A DNA stretch of 64,000 bases from Octopus vulgaris (GCA_951406725.2 OX597838.1:12648001-12712000); one strand, 5' to 3'. Counted from the stretch's first letter, positions 36,111 through 49,475 are shown. Program-made: numbers and translations. Notes: generated by a model not told the origin, from the sequence alone.

Positions 36111-36982
36111 GTATGTTGCTTTCTGATGAGAACGTGTGAGTGCATGCGCATGCAAGTGTGTGCATGCGCATGCAAGTGTGTGCATGCGTGCACACTTTTT
36201 TCTTTAACATATGTCTCTTGATCCATAGTTTTTTTTTTTTGTTTTGTTTTGTTTTTTTTGCCAAAGACTATGAGAAATCTTACATTTATGTATTTGTTTT
36301 GCAAGATTCTTGATGTGAAAACATGTTTTGAAACAGGTATTGCTATAGTTGTCAGGGGGGGCATCTTTTGCCATTTACACAAGCAATACTAACAATGACA
36401 ATATGCACAAAGACGGTGACACCATGACCACCACCACCAACAACAACAATAGAAATAACAATAGAGACAACCAGAGAGATGGTAACCAGAAACTGATTGG
36501 ACAGAAGAAAATGCTAAAAAAAAAAGTGAAGAAAAGTTAATGCATGTCTTCAATTGGCAAAATATGGCCATCCCCCAAGAATAACAATATGAGAAATATA
36601 ATTTTCTTAATAACATATGAAGTGTGTACATGGACATCGACAACCCACTTGTAAACTGTCTCTGAGCCACTTACATGTGTATGTTGTCTACTCATAGTTT
36701 GTTGTTCAAATTTCTGTTTGTTGGCTGGATATAACTTTCTTCGGGAAAGACTGTTTGCTCTACAATTCCTTCATTTGGTGTACTGATCACATATGCTCTC
36801 TCGGTACTAATATGCATGTGTAGTGTGCTCTGTGGCTCTTTAAAATTTCAGCTCATGAAGCGAATGGACATCCAATCACTTGTACACATGCATCGTCTGC
36901 CTGTTGTTTGTTGATCAGATTTCAGCTTGTTTTGCAAGTTTTCAGTAAAACCATTTGTTATTCAATTTGTCTGTTCAAAGCA

Positions 36983-37136
36983 GGTTGGCGTTAGGAAGGG
37001 CATCCAGCTGTAGAAACACTGCCAGATCAGACTGGAGCCTGGTGCAGCCCTGGCTTCCCAGACTCCGGTTGAACCGTCCAACCCGTGCTAGCGCGGAAAA
37101 CGGACGTTAAACGATGATGATGATGATGATGATGAT
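36983..37136 (+). mobile_element. Retroposon family D, 5'-truncated
   Basis: D 3' body and (GAT)n. Confidence 0.85.
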
Positions 37137-38847
37137 AGGTTTCCATGACTTCTTTTTAACTTCATCATCCTTTAATGTCCATTTTCTATGCTGGCCTATG
37201 TTGGATGGTTTGATAGGCGCTTCACTGTCTGTTTTGACATGGTTTTTTTATGGCTAGATGCCCTTCCTAATGCTGACTATTGAGAAAATTTATATATTTT
37301 TTTTTTTTTACTGAAATGGTACGGGCATGGCTGTGTGGATAAGAAGCTTGCTTCCCAACCATGTGGGTTTTGAGTTCAGTCCCACTGCATGGCACCTTGG
37401 GCAAGTGTCTTCTACTATAGCCCCAATCCAACCAAAGCCTTGAGAGTAGATTTGGTAGACAGAAATGGAAAAAGAAACATTGTGTGTATGTTGGAGTTTG
37501 TTCCCTGCTACTGCTTGTCAACTGGTGTTGGTTTGTTTACTTCCAGTAACATAGTAGTTCAGCAATAGTGACCAATAGAATAAGTATCAGGTTTTAAAAA
37601 AAAGTACTAAGGTTGATTTGTTTGACACTAACACCTTCTAGACAGTGCTCCAGCAAGGCCACAACCCAACAACTGAAACACAAAAACATAAACAAACAAT
37701 GAAATACGACATAGACGTTCTCCATAGCATTTGTTGTCAAGTGCTGATTTCAGTGTTCCGTGCCCCACCAGTCGAGCCATTCCGGATATATTTCAGACAG
37801 TGGTCAGCAAATTCTGTGATGCAAAGCCGCTTAAGTTCATATCATCACCTAAACGATTATTCCAGTAATATGATTACAGTGGCTGTGGTTGTGGTTTGTG
37901 ATTGTAATTTAGAGCTAATCCAGTTTTTATATATATATCTGGGTCATTCCCCCCCCCCTCTTCCCCCTCTCTCTCCCCCCACCTCTGAATACTGTATACA
38001 TTGTTTCTTTACTGATTATAAGTCATTTTTTACAAGTGTAGGTGTGTCTGTGTGTGTGTATACCTCTGTGTGTGTGTGTATGATGCCGTGTGTATGATGC
38101 TGTGTGTGTGTGTGTACATGTATCTGTATATCTATAAGCATCTACTCGTGTTACCGTAAGCATTTACTCATGTTGTGTGTGTGTGTGTGTGTGCGTGTGT
38201 GCATGTGTGTGTGTACGCGCATGTGTGTGTGTGTGCGCATGTGTGTAAAATTATCCATTTATACACTTTAAATGTCCAGTAATCTTTCAGGATCTTGTAC
38301 TATTTTAACATTCTCCTCTATTTTTGCCCACACACATTCCTTCTATTTTTGTTTCTCTCTCTCTCTCATTCTCTTTCTCTCACTCTCTCTCCCTCTCTCA
38401 CTCTCTCTCTCTCTCTCTCACTCTCTTTCTCTCTCTCTTTCTCTCTCCCTCTCATGCTCCCGTTGGAGTCTCTCTAGGAAGAGTCTCTCTCGTTGTATAG
38501 AAGCTTCTATACTATTAGTTACAGATTATTACAGACTGAGTGATTTTGTTATAAATATTATTGTGAACATTAGTGCAAAAGCTAGGTGAACATTAGTGAA
38601 AGGGCACATCACTATGTGCACACACTGTCATTGTTCAGTTCATGTCTTTGAGAGGGTGGCCATACATCATCTACCTTGTTTTTTCCCCTGTTTGCCAGTC
38701 ATTTGCTTTATATTATTCATTTATTTATTGTTGACATCATTAGAATTTATAAACTTTGAGAGTGGTGGTCATGGGGTATAGTTTTGCTTTTTTTTTTTTT
38801 TTTTTTTCAATGGCAAATCTCAAAGCAGATACCTACAAGTAACAGCT

Positions 38848-39249
38848 TACTCTTTTACTCTTTTACTTGTTTCAGTCATTTTGACTGCGGCCATGCTGGA
38901 GCACCGCCTTTAGTCGAGCAAATCGACCCCAGGACTTATTCTTTTTGTAAGCCCAGTACTTATTCTATCGGTCTCTTTTGCCGAATCGCTAAGTGACGGG
39001 GACGTAAACACACCAGTATTGGTTGTCAAGCAATGCTAGGGGGACAAACACAGACACACAAACATACACACACATACATATATATACATATATACGACAG
39101 GCTTCTTATAGTTTCCGTCTACCAAATCCACTCACAAAACATTGGTCGGCCCGGGGCTATAGCAGAAGACACTTGCCCAAGATGCCACGCAGTGGGACTG
39201 AACCCGGAACCATGTGGTTGGTTAGCAAGCTACTTACCACACAGCCACT
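38848..39249 (-). mobile_element. SINE family A
   Basis: A consensus, CTAACC/CATCTT/CTGCTA variant. Confidence 0.9.
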
Positions 39250-39261
39250 TGTAAATATTTT

Positions 39262-39494
39262 TAATTCTTTATTGCCCACAAGGGGCTAAACGTAGAGGGG
39301 ACAAACAAGGACGGACAAAGGGACTAAAACGATTACATTGACCCTAGTGCGTAACTGGTACTTATTTAATCGACCCCCAAAAGGATGAAAGGCAAAGTCG
39401 GCCTCGGTGGAATTTGAACTCAGAACGTAGCGGCAGGCGAAATAGGCTACGCATTTCGCCCGGCGTGCTAACGTTTCTACCAGCTCGCCGCCTT
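39262..39494 (-). mobile_element. SINE family B with TSD
   Basis: Full unit; CTTGTAAATATT duplicated at 39248 and 39500. Confidence 0.88.
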
Positions 39495-39927
39495 CACAGC
39501 TTGTAAATATTGGGTTCCCTCTGGGTAGAGAGACGCAAAGATTTGCTTCTGTCCAATGGTAGAATGCCTATCGTGTTTACAGAAGATGTGAATTCAAATC
39601 CCACAAGCAACCTTAGACTTTTCTATCCAAGGGTTGTTGTTTTTTTAAACCCAATATTTATACCCTATTATTTGTAGCATTATCTGCTTCAAGTCTCACC
39701 TTTCCAAAAAAGAATTACTTGATGTTCTCTTGAAGTTTCTAAATTCTTATGATGTCAACAACTTACAATGCTTGTTAGTATGAATAAAATTTCAAGTATG
39801 GATAGAAAAATTCGAAGGATTGCTTTCATCCAAGGGTAGAACATCTATTATGAGATGAGGGTTCAGGTCCCACAGGCAATCTTCAAGCTTTTCTATCCAA
39901 AGGGGTTTTTTTTTAACCCAATATCTA

Positions 39928-40816
39928 CAGGGTGGGGAAGCAAAACTTGCAAAAGTCAAATGAAATTTGGAAATGTTTTATTGTACAACATGTAGAGTCA
40001 ACATGTAGCAAAATTATTTATGCATAAGTTATTACTGTCAATAATAGAGATTCTATTCAATGTGTCCACCATTATTTTCTGCCACCTGATGTGCCATCTG
40101 ATTCCACAACTCCCCAAACCATCACCTGAGCAGGATGCTTTGTTCTGAAGACTCCCTTGACTTGAGATGGTAATTCAGCTATAAACTGATCATTTCATCT
40201 GTTCACATCAGCTTCCACAGTGAAGATTTTCTCATCAGAAAATATTTTCACAGTGAATCCAGTTCTTTTGAGGAAAGGCAACACTCTTTTTCTCCTTTCA
40301 AGCCTCTTGGCTGTCATTGAATCAGTCAGGAGGTGTCTTGGAGTTCACACAAAGGACTGCAGGCCTAAATCACAGTGAACAGCATTTCTTAGTCTTGGCA
40401 TCAATTTTCATGTCAATTGCCAGCTTCCTCATGAATGTGGTTGAATCCTTCGAAATTCTGGATTTGAAGGCCTTCAGGAACACTGGATCTCAATTATTAT
40501 TGGTTCCTCCAGTGCCTTGCTTTTATTTGAATGCCTCTGATGTTATCCCAAACAATTCTTGACATTGTAAACTGTGCTTAATGACACATTAACCAATTTG
40601 CTTGATGTTAATTCCTGCATGGAGCAAATCAGCAATGTATTGTCTCTTTGCTTCTTGAGGGGATATAGTTGGGTTCGTACATGGAAAAGCAAATGAAATT
40701 GTTACTATGAGACCTAAATGCTGAAGATAAGATAAACAAAAATTTGTTATAATAGACCATTGCTACATAAAAAAATAAGGTTTACAAAAAATTCCAAGTT
40801 TTACTTCCCCATTCTG
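39928..40816 (-). mobile_element. Internally deleted Tc1/mariner (maT-like) transposon with a transposase pseudogene
   Basis: TA-CAGGGTGGGGAAGCAAAACTTG / CAAGTTTTACTTCCCCATTCTG-TA TIRs. Minus-strand peptides QEAKRQYIADLLHAG, VSLSTVYNV (HTH), TPRHLLTDSMTAKRLER and KIFSDEKIFTVE; the rest of the catalytic domain is missing. Confidence 0.88.
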
Positions 40817-40945
40817 TACACATTATTGTTTATAGCTTTATTTGCTTCAAGATTCACCGTTCCAAAAAAAAAAATTATATTTTATTTTTTTACATTAGTA
40901 GATATTTAATGATGATAATAATTTGTTTGTCATTTTACATTTCAG

Positions 40946-41351
40946 AATGGAAAGCCATCATTAAGTTTGAAACTTTCTGAAAATCCCTACCTCAATAAAA
41001 AACAACACTTCTGGTTACTAAATGGTGATGCTAAGCCAGTGAATAGTGTGAATGCAAGCAATAGCTTGGTATGGGACAGCGACTGTCTTGAAATGTCCAC
41101 TTATGGCACGGAGACAGTGTCTCCGTCAAGGAAGAAAATGCTACCAATGGCTGATTATTGCCTTTCTGAGGCTGAAGGTCTCAATTACCCTTTACTGAGG
41201 GACATGTCAAGCTCCAGTTGCGTTGATGCTGATGGTTTATCCGGTGCTTACCCCGTTGATCTGGATGGTGGCGTGTTGAGTCTAGAGTCAGAAACTGCTG
41301 CTGATAAGAATAAAACAGCCGATAAGAAGTCCAAAGGGAAACGGAAAAGGA
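40946..41351 (+). CDS. Internal coding exon (phase 0 to 1) of an unknown protein; Ser/Asp-rich, ending in a basic NLS-like KKSKGKRKR
   Basis: Acceptor TTTTACATTTCAG, donor GA|GTAAGT, 135 stop-free codons of non-repetitive, GC-elevated sequence (NGKPSLSLKLSENPYLNKKQHFWLLNG...). No domain recognised. Confidence 0.8.
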
Positions 41352-41512
41352 GTAAGTATTCATTTTAAGAGTGTTTCTGTCTGTGTGCCTTCACATTCAA
41401 TCATTTGTACATGTATTTGTATCTCTGTAGTAATTATGAGCACATGGGTGGTAAAGAAGCATACTTTGCAACTATGTGGTCGTGAGTTCAGTCCCACTTT
41501 TTGGCACCTTAA

Positions 41513-41955
41513 CCCTTTCATTACTGTATTTATTTTGAGATGTTCTGTGTTTCTTTCAATTACTTTAAATATAACAAAGAATTTAGTAAAATAACTTAGT
41601 TATCATTAACCCTTTAGTGTTTAAACCGGCCAAATCTGCCCCAATATATTCTACATGTTTTATATTCAAACTGGCGATATCTAGCCTCTCACTCCTAACC
41701 TACAATGCCATTCTGAAAATAAGCAATCACATCATTGAAACCTCAAAGCTATAAGATAATGCATGATTAATTCAAAACAATTTGAGTGAAAAAGTAATAC
41801 ATTTAAGAGTATTCTGAACACTAAAGGGTTAAGCTAGTGTTAGGAACATAAATTGCGACTAAGGTTTGGTGGGAAATTTTAATTCAAAACTTATGAAAAC
41901 AAGACATTTGTACTCAGAACCAGAGCCGGTTTCAGCCGGGTTGGTAATGAAAGTG
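41513..41955. mobile_element. MITE F containing a complete MITE E (41610-41828), all inside an old A-headed SINE
   Basis: TTAA duplications at each of the four junctions; the host SINE reads GGCACC-TTAA..TTAA-GCAAGTG. Confidence 0.9.
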
Positions 41956-43691
41956 TTAAGCAAGTGTTTTCTACTATAGTCTAAGACCAAAAGACTCAAG
42001 CTCTACACAGCCCTGTGGCTTGCCAGATCCTATCAAGCTGTGTAACTCATGCTAGTTGGAGAACAGACATTGAATGACGATGCTTATGATGATATGAATG
42101 TGTATGTGTGTACCTTTGTCTTGGCTGCTTGTGATGTTTGTAAACAGCCTTTTAATGACAGGTGTAGGAATCAGAACAATTAAATGAAGTGAACACGACA
42201 AAAAAATAAACCTAGTGTGTATACACACACACACATAAAATCAGATACATTATCATCGTCAATGCCATCTAACATCCACTTTTCCATGCTTGCATGGGTC
42301 GGATAGATTTTATTGAAGCAGACTTTTCCTTGGCCGAATGTCCTTCTTGTCACCAACTTTCACCTGTTTTCAAAGTAGCATTTTTCTCCATTGTCAGACA
42401 TGGTCTTCATAGAAGACTGGAAACGAGCAACATAGCTTGTATTACAGCAAACTACAAGCTCAGTATGTGGGTGACCAGAGGCAAGGTGTGCTTGTCAAGT
42501 AAGAAGCAGGTACAGCTCTTCGTTTTTCTTCAGATCAAAACCCATGTTCCGTGTGTAATGATTATACACGGCCATGAGATTACCAGTAATAACAACAATA
42601 AAACATGCATAGAATTAGTGAAGCTAATTGGATTGGTGGATTAAATTATAAGTTTAGATCTATCGATAAATGTAGTGTGAATTATCTAGCATCAACAGGA
42701 TTTCAGCTAAGACATCAACCAATAGAAATTTCATTATTGAAAACAAATATATGAATTGTATGTTTTTCTGTTTTTTTTGTATTTTTTTGTAATGAGCATC
42801 ATTTAATGCTTTCATCATCATCATCACTGTTGTCATTGTTTTAACATCTGCTTTTCTATGCTTGCATGGATTAGACAGGATGCAGGATGCATTGAAGCAA
42901 GATTTTCAATAGTCAGATGCCTTTTCTGTCATTAGCCTTCACTTGCCTTACAAGCAAGGTAATATTTCCCAATGATCAGACATATTATCACGGAGGATTG
43001 GAAACAAATGACACTGCTTGTATGACAGTGATACTCGTTTACAACTACCACATGATGTTAAGATTAGGCACAAATGCAAACATATTCACATATGATAGAC
43101 TTCTTTTTCAGTTTTCATCTATGAAATCTACTCACAAAAGCCTTGTGAGTGGATTTGATACAGGGCTATCGTAGAAGACTACCTGGAACCATGTGGTTGG
43201 AAGGCAAAGTTCTTTAGCACACAGACATACAAAATGAATAGTAGGGAGATGGCAAACTTTAATAGTATGTGCATTACAAGCCAATGGCTAGAGCCTCTGT
43301 GTAATTGCTTATACTGCTAAGAACAACAACCAAATCTCAAATCCTATAGTCTATTACCTTAAATCATTAAAGGTTGCATTGGATATTCTGATCATAGATA
43401 TATTGTTTGACCCCCCCAAAAAATAAGAATAAACAAGAACTGATGGTTACAACAGGAACATCAGTTCATCATGGATCTGGTTCATTGGGGTTGGGGGCTG
43501 GCTTGAGGTTTATAGCTGACCTGCAAGAAATAGCCAAGTCAATAGCTAGCTGTGTGGTAAGAAGTTTGCTTCTCAACCACTTTTCTTGGTTCAGTTCAGT
43601 TGTATGGCTCCTTGGGCAGGTATCTTCTACTACAGACCTGGGCCAACCAGAATGGACTTAGTTGACAGAAACTGAAAGCAGCCCATATAGC

Positions 43692-43942
43692 ATCATCATC
43701 ATCATCATCGTTTAATGTCCATTTTCCATGCTAGCATGGGTTGGACGGTTTGACCGGGGTCTGGGAAGCCAGGAGGCTGCACCAGGCTCCAGTCTGATCT
43801 GGTCAGTGTTTCTACAGCTGGGTGCCCTTCCTAACGCCAACCACTCCGTGAGTGTAGTGGGTGCTTTTTACGTGCCACCGGCACAGGTGCCAGGGGAGGC
43901 TGGCAACACCCACGATCGGTTGGTGGTTTTTACGTGCCACCA
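43692..43942 (-). mobile_element. Retroposon family D
   Basis: (CAT)n followed by the reverse-complement D body. Confidence 0.85.
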
Positions 43943-44736
43943 ACATATAAATATATGTATATATATATATATGATGGTTTTGGTGAAGCAAATAGGAACT
44001 TAGAACCCAAAACATGAGTATATATATGATTTTGTTTAATTACACAAGTGTGTGTGCACTTGTTTTACTGTTTCCTTACCTTGGCATCATGTGATAGTTG
44101 GAAGTAAGTATTACTGTTGTACATGCAGTGTCCTTCATTTCAAACCTTCCACAGAAACATGTCTGATCATGGTGAAATATTACCTTTTTGGAATCAGATG
44201 AGTGTTGACAACAGGAAAGGTATTTGGCAGTAGAAAATCTGCCTCAAGAAATTTCATCCAACTTGTGCCAGCATTGAAAGGTGGATGTTAAAACAATGAT
44301 GATGGTGGTGGTGGCCACATGTAAGTTGGCACCAGGAGGTTTTAAAAGTAGCAATGATTATTAGAATATCAAAATATGTAAGTGTAAAATAGTTGAAGAC
44401 TCACTATTTTTTGGCACGGGAAGTATAGAATTCTGATTTATCTGCAAACTCTACACCAGCACCACTCAAACTTTCTGTGGTATCTCTGTTTCTTCCTGTT
44501 TATAAACAATAACAATTCTGTTGATTGTGGTAAACACCAGATATTTCTATTTCCTTCTTTTTTGTCGATTATAAAATGTTCAGACATCTACATCCATTTT
44601 TTTTTTTTTTTTGGTACTATTGGCCTCTTCTCCAGTTATTGTTTCAATCGATTTCAATGTTTCTCTGATGAGTCAGGACACCTGATGATGATCAGAGATC
44701 AATCCAGTCGAAACATAATCTGCTCATAAATATGAA

Positions 44737-45065
44737 TCTCTATATATATAAACGGCAAAATGTCTGTGTGTGTATCCTTTATACAAATCCACAATTTTTC
44801 AGTTAGAGGGCTCGCACTTTCTATGGTCATTCAAAACCGTCCAAGGGTGGTCGTGCACATCTTTACATTTCCCCAGTCACCCTGCAAAGCCATGAAAAAA
44901 TCAATAGAAGTGGTTTTTTCATGAATTTTCTATCCAAAACCCAATCAAAATGCCCGAAACGTGATACGCCAATTGAATGCCAGCTAGCTGTATGTGATTG
45001 GTCGGAGATTTGGACAGTACTCGCATGTATGTGCGCACGCACGCAGCTGTATATGCATGCACTAG
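44737..45065 (+). mobile_element. Probable non-autonomous Helitron 5' portion
   Basis: Begins A|TCTCTATATATATAAA, a typical Helitron 5' end; CTAG at 45062-45065, but the 3' hairpin and following T are not canonical. Confidence 0.4.
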
Positions 45066-45489
45066 AATTATGACCTGGCGTTGATTTATCTACTTCTGCT
45101 GATTTATCTACAGTTTACTTAGCTTGTCTCCTGTTCTCAGGATCTTACCACTGAAGCACAGGGCTTATTCAACCCTTAACCCTTTAGCATTTAGATTTAT
45201 CTGTCAAATGTAATGCTTATTTATCCATATTGTTTTGAATTCATCATGCATTCTTGTGGCTTTGAGGTTTCTATAATGTGATTGTTTATTTTTAGAATGA
45301 CCTTGTATGAAAGGTGTGCGAGGCTGGATCTGGCCAGTTTGGACATAAAACAGAATATGTGGGCTGGATACAGCCGGTTTAAATGTTATATAGTTAAGCA
45401 AGGGGACTGTTTGATGTGATATCGGGTCATATCCACACACCAGTGGGCTGTTTAGCATATATCTAAGGGCCAGCTTCCTACTGAGTCCT

Positions 45490-45778
45490 GTTAGTTAGTT
45501 AGTTAGTTAGTTAGTTAATTTGGCTCAAAAGCAAATAGCAAGGCCATGTAGGGGGACATGGAGTTAAGTACAGGGTGGTGTTCATGTAAAGAGTTCAGGC
45601 CACTTGAGGTCAAGGGAGGCTTTGAACAAAGCGGGCGTCGGCATCTTCACCATCTCGTCTGGCAGCTTGTTCCATGGATCCGCAACCCGGACGGAGAAAG
45701 CTCCTCTCCTTCGATTGAGATGAAATCGTCGCAGGTAGAGCTTTTCGGAATGACCCCGCAGCCGAGAACCTTCTGCTG
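45490..45778 (-). mobile_element. CR1-clade LINE 3' end with (TAAC)n tail
   Basis: RLRGHSEKLYLRRFHLNRRRGAFSVRVADPWNKLPDEMVKMPTPALFKASLDLKW; paralog at 8312-8570. Confidence 0.9.
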
Positions 45779-46997
45779 TTTGACCCATAGCTGAGGCCCT
45801 TGACAGGTGCTAACACCCTGGGCCAGAGTAAACCTGGACATAGTGATAACTGAGAGGCAACTCCATACTTCCCTAAACTGTTGAACTCCTAAACTGGAGC
45901 CTCACCACCAGTTGCAGTTTAATGTCTCACCCAGAACATTATAATGAGTTAATGGGTAATATTTCTTTAACCTAGAAATTGCGGGGCTGCAGCTCAGTTT
46001 GGCGAGTGTGATAAACACACTTTCTATTTCCTTCAAACGGTTTTCTTTTGCTATCTTTTAATAGGGGATAGATTAAGCTGAGTAAAAACTGAAGTTGTTA
46101 TTTTTGAAATCTATATCTTTTTTGAGGCATTTAATAATTACAATCCTTTCTATTTAAATTTTTGCAAATAAATAATTAAACGAACGTGTGTGTATATACA
46201 TACATACACACACAGCCCAGACATTTTGTTAACATGATACGAAAGGAAATGAAAGTTTCTCAGAAGAGACAGTTACACTAACGAGTTAACTGATTAAATA
46301 TTTTAAAAGAAAAAACTTAGAATTCTGGGGGAAAATTAGCACTTAGTATCAAGTTGACTTCAAATATCCTGTATTAGTCGCTTATTAGTCTCTTAGTATC
46401 ATTATGTTGTAACATTAAAGTTTTGTGTTTCATAAGTTTATATACAAGTTTTTATATATAGTTTTTTCTTTTTGATCTCTCACTTGTTTTAGTCATTAGA
46501 CTGCAGCCTTGTTGGGGCAATGCCTTGAAGAGTTTTAGTCAAACAAATTGACCCCAGTACTTAATTCCTTTTTCAAATCTGGTACTTATTTTATCAGGCA
46601 GTTTTGCTGAACCTCTACATTATGGGGAGGCATAAACAAACCAGTTATGAAGTGGTGGACTCACATACAGACACAAACACACACACATATAAAAGACAGG
46701 CTTCTTTCAGTTTCTGTCTACTAAATGCACTCACAAGGGTTTGGTCAGCTGAAGGCTATATAGTCAAAGGCGCTTGCCCAAGGTGTAATGCAGTGGGTCA
46801 GAACTTGGAGCCATGTTTGGGAGGCAAGCTCGTTACCACTTGTATGTATATGTTTATAGACAGCCAAATAGACATTACTGAAATTTGCTAACTTCAGTCC
46901 AGTAGAAGTTAAAATTTTTGTCTGTCACCTATGCTTCAAACCATGTAGAACTGCGGCAGGGACTGAATAGTCATCTGAGACATCAGTATCAACCGAA

Positions 46998-47335
46998 GTC
47001 CCACTGCGTGGCATCTTGGGCAAGTGTCTTCTGCTATGGCCCCGGGCCGACCAATGCCTTGTGAGTGGATTTGGTAGACGGAAACTGAAAGAAGCCTGTA
47101 GTATATATGTATATATATATATATGTGTGTGTATTTGTGTGTCTGTGTTTGTCCCCCTAGCATTGCTTGACAACCGATGCTGGTGTGTTTACGTCCCCGT
47201 CACTTAGCAGTTCGGCAAAAGAGACCAATAGAGTAAGTACTGGGCTTACAAAGAATAAGTCCTGAGGTCGATTTGCTCGACTAAAAGCGGTGCTCCAGCA
47301 TGGCCGCAGTCAAATGACTGAAACAAGTAAAGAGT
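46998..47335 (+). mobile_element. SINE family A, 5'-truncated
   Basis: A consensus from the B-box onward. Confidence 0.9.
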
Positions 47336-48462
47336 ATATATATATATATATATATATATTCTTTTATTGGTTCCAGTCATTTGACTGTGGCTATATTGTA
47401 ACACTGCCTTGGGATTTTAGTCGAAGAAATCTACACCAGGACTTATTTTTTAAGCCTAGTATTTTTTCTATTGATTTCTTTTGTTGAACTGCTAAGTTAC
47501 AGGGACATCAAGCAGTGATGGTGGGAGGATAAATACACGTGCACACGCATACACACGATGGACTTCTTTCATTTTCCGTCTCCCAAATTCACTGAAGGTT
47601 TTGGTCAGCTTGAGGTTGTAGTAAATATATATATATACATCTTTTATCTTTTACTTGTTTCAGTCATTGGTCTGTGACCATGCTGGGGCACTATCTTGAG
47701 GATTTAATCATACAAATAAGTCAACTCCAGTACTCTCTTCTCAAAAACTGGTACTTACTCCCTTGGTCCCTTTTCTCAAACTGCTAAAGCTATGTTGTCA
47801 AGTGATGGTAAGGAACATAGGGACACACACACGACCAGCTTTTTTCAGTTTCCATCTAACTTACCCAAAGTGCCATGTAATGGGACTGAACCCAAAACCA
47901 CGCAGCTGAGAAGCAAAGTTCTTAACCACACAGCCACGCCTGCTCCTAGTATAAATCAAAGATATCTATCATAGATGCGAACCGAAGAATTTAAGAGGAG
48001 GGAAAATACTACCGATTAAATTGACATCAGTAGTGCCTGATACTTCTTTTATCTCCGCCCACCTACTTTAGGAAGATGAAAGGCAAGCATTAAGTTGCGA
48101 TGGAAATGGAGTGGGGTGAAATTCAGAACATCAAGGGGTGCAGTTAATACCACCAGGCATTGTAGTCCCTGCTGTCATGTGATTATGATATAGTTTCTAG
48201 TAAAAAAAATCTTCCGCGAGGTGTGTGGGGTGGATAATGCTGTTCGTCTCTTCTAACATGACGAAATAACCCAAAAGACACGTGTGTGTGTGTGTGCATA
48301 CTTATTGCACACATATACATACACATGCATGTACTCTCATACACACACGCATACACTCAGATGTGTGTGTGTGCGTTCTGTGCTATTTTCGTTGCTTTTT
48401 CTTCCTTTCTTTTTATTCTGTTGGAGAGGTTATTCCTCTGAGTTCTATGAAAGAAAGCAAAC

Positions 48463-48600
48463 AAATAATAACACTACTAATAATAATAATAATAATGATG
48501 ATAATAATACTAATAATAATAATGATGATAATAATACTAATAATAATAATAATGATGATAATAATAATAATAATAATAATAATGATAATAATAATAATAG
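48463..48600. repeat. (AAT)n microsatellite with higher-order GAT/ACT interruptions
   Basis: Direct reading of the sequence. Confidence 0.95.
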
Positions 48601-48888
48601 GAAATAATTCAGAATAAAATAAATAAAACAAGAACTTGATCTGAATAATTGCCAGAGAACACAGCATGTGATTCTATCAATAGCCGCCAACTCTAGAAAC
48701 GTTTGTCAAATACCTCAGTGCTTATGTAAAGCTAGAGTCAGATTGAAATGAATTTGTGTTTGTTCTTTGCTTTACTTATTTTTAAATGTTCTTTTATTAG
48801 TTCTAGTCGTTTGGATTGTGGCCATGCTGGAACACAAAATGCAAGGGTTTTTTTATTTTTATTCTTTGTAGTGGTATTTTTAGGGGTT

Positions 48889-49305
48889 TACTCTTACTCT
48901 TTACTCTTTTACTTGTTTCAGTCATTTGACTGCGGCCATGCTGGAGCACCGCCTTTTAGTAGAGCAAATCGACCCCGGGACTTATTCTTTGTAAGCCCAG
49001 TACTTATTCTATCGGGCTATTTTGCCGAACCGCTAAGTAACGGGGACATAAACACACCAGCATCGGTTGTCAAGCAATGCTAGGGGGACAAACACAGACA
49101 CACAAACATATACATACACATATATATATATATATACATATATACGACAGGCTTCTTTCAGTTTCCGTCTACCAAATCCACTCACAAGGCTTTGGTCAGG
49201 CCCGGGGCTATAGTAGAAGACACTTGCCCAAGATGCCACGCAGTGGGACTGAACCCGGAACCATGTGGTTGGTAAGCAAGCTACTTACCACACAGCCACT
49301 CCTGC
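48889..49305 (-). mobile_element. SINE family A, full length
   Basis: A consensus. Confidence 0.92.
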
Positions 49306-49475
49306 ACCTTTCTTTTTTTCTTTTATTTTCTTGCGGTTGATGATAGATATCAACTTATTCTTATCTTTGTCTTATTTATTGCTTTCTATCTCTCGTTCTT
49401 TTACAAGTTCCAGCGTGAGGACTGTGGCCATGTGCCTGGCCATTGTAGTGACCAGCAGTAGGGTTTTAGTTGTAT

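Noticed and set aside
36550-36960. Possible decayed DDE transposase
   Set aside because: No convincing catalytic motif or TIRs found.
48282-48690. Poly-Ile/Asn/Leu ORFs, plus poly-Tyr/Leu at 51546-51886 and YI/CV repeats at 63191-64000
   Set aside because: Translations of simple repeats.
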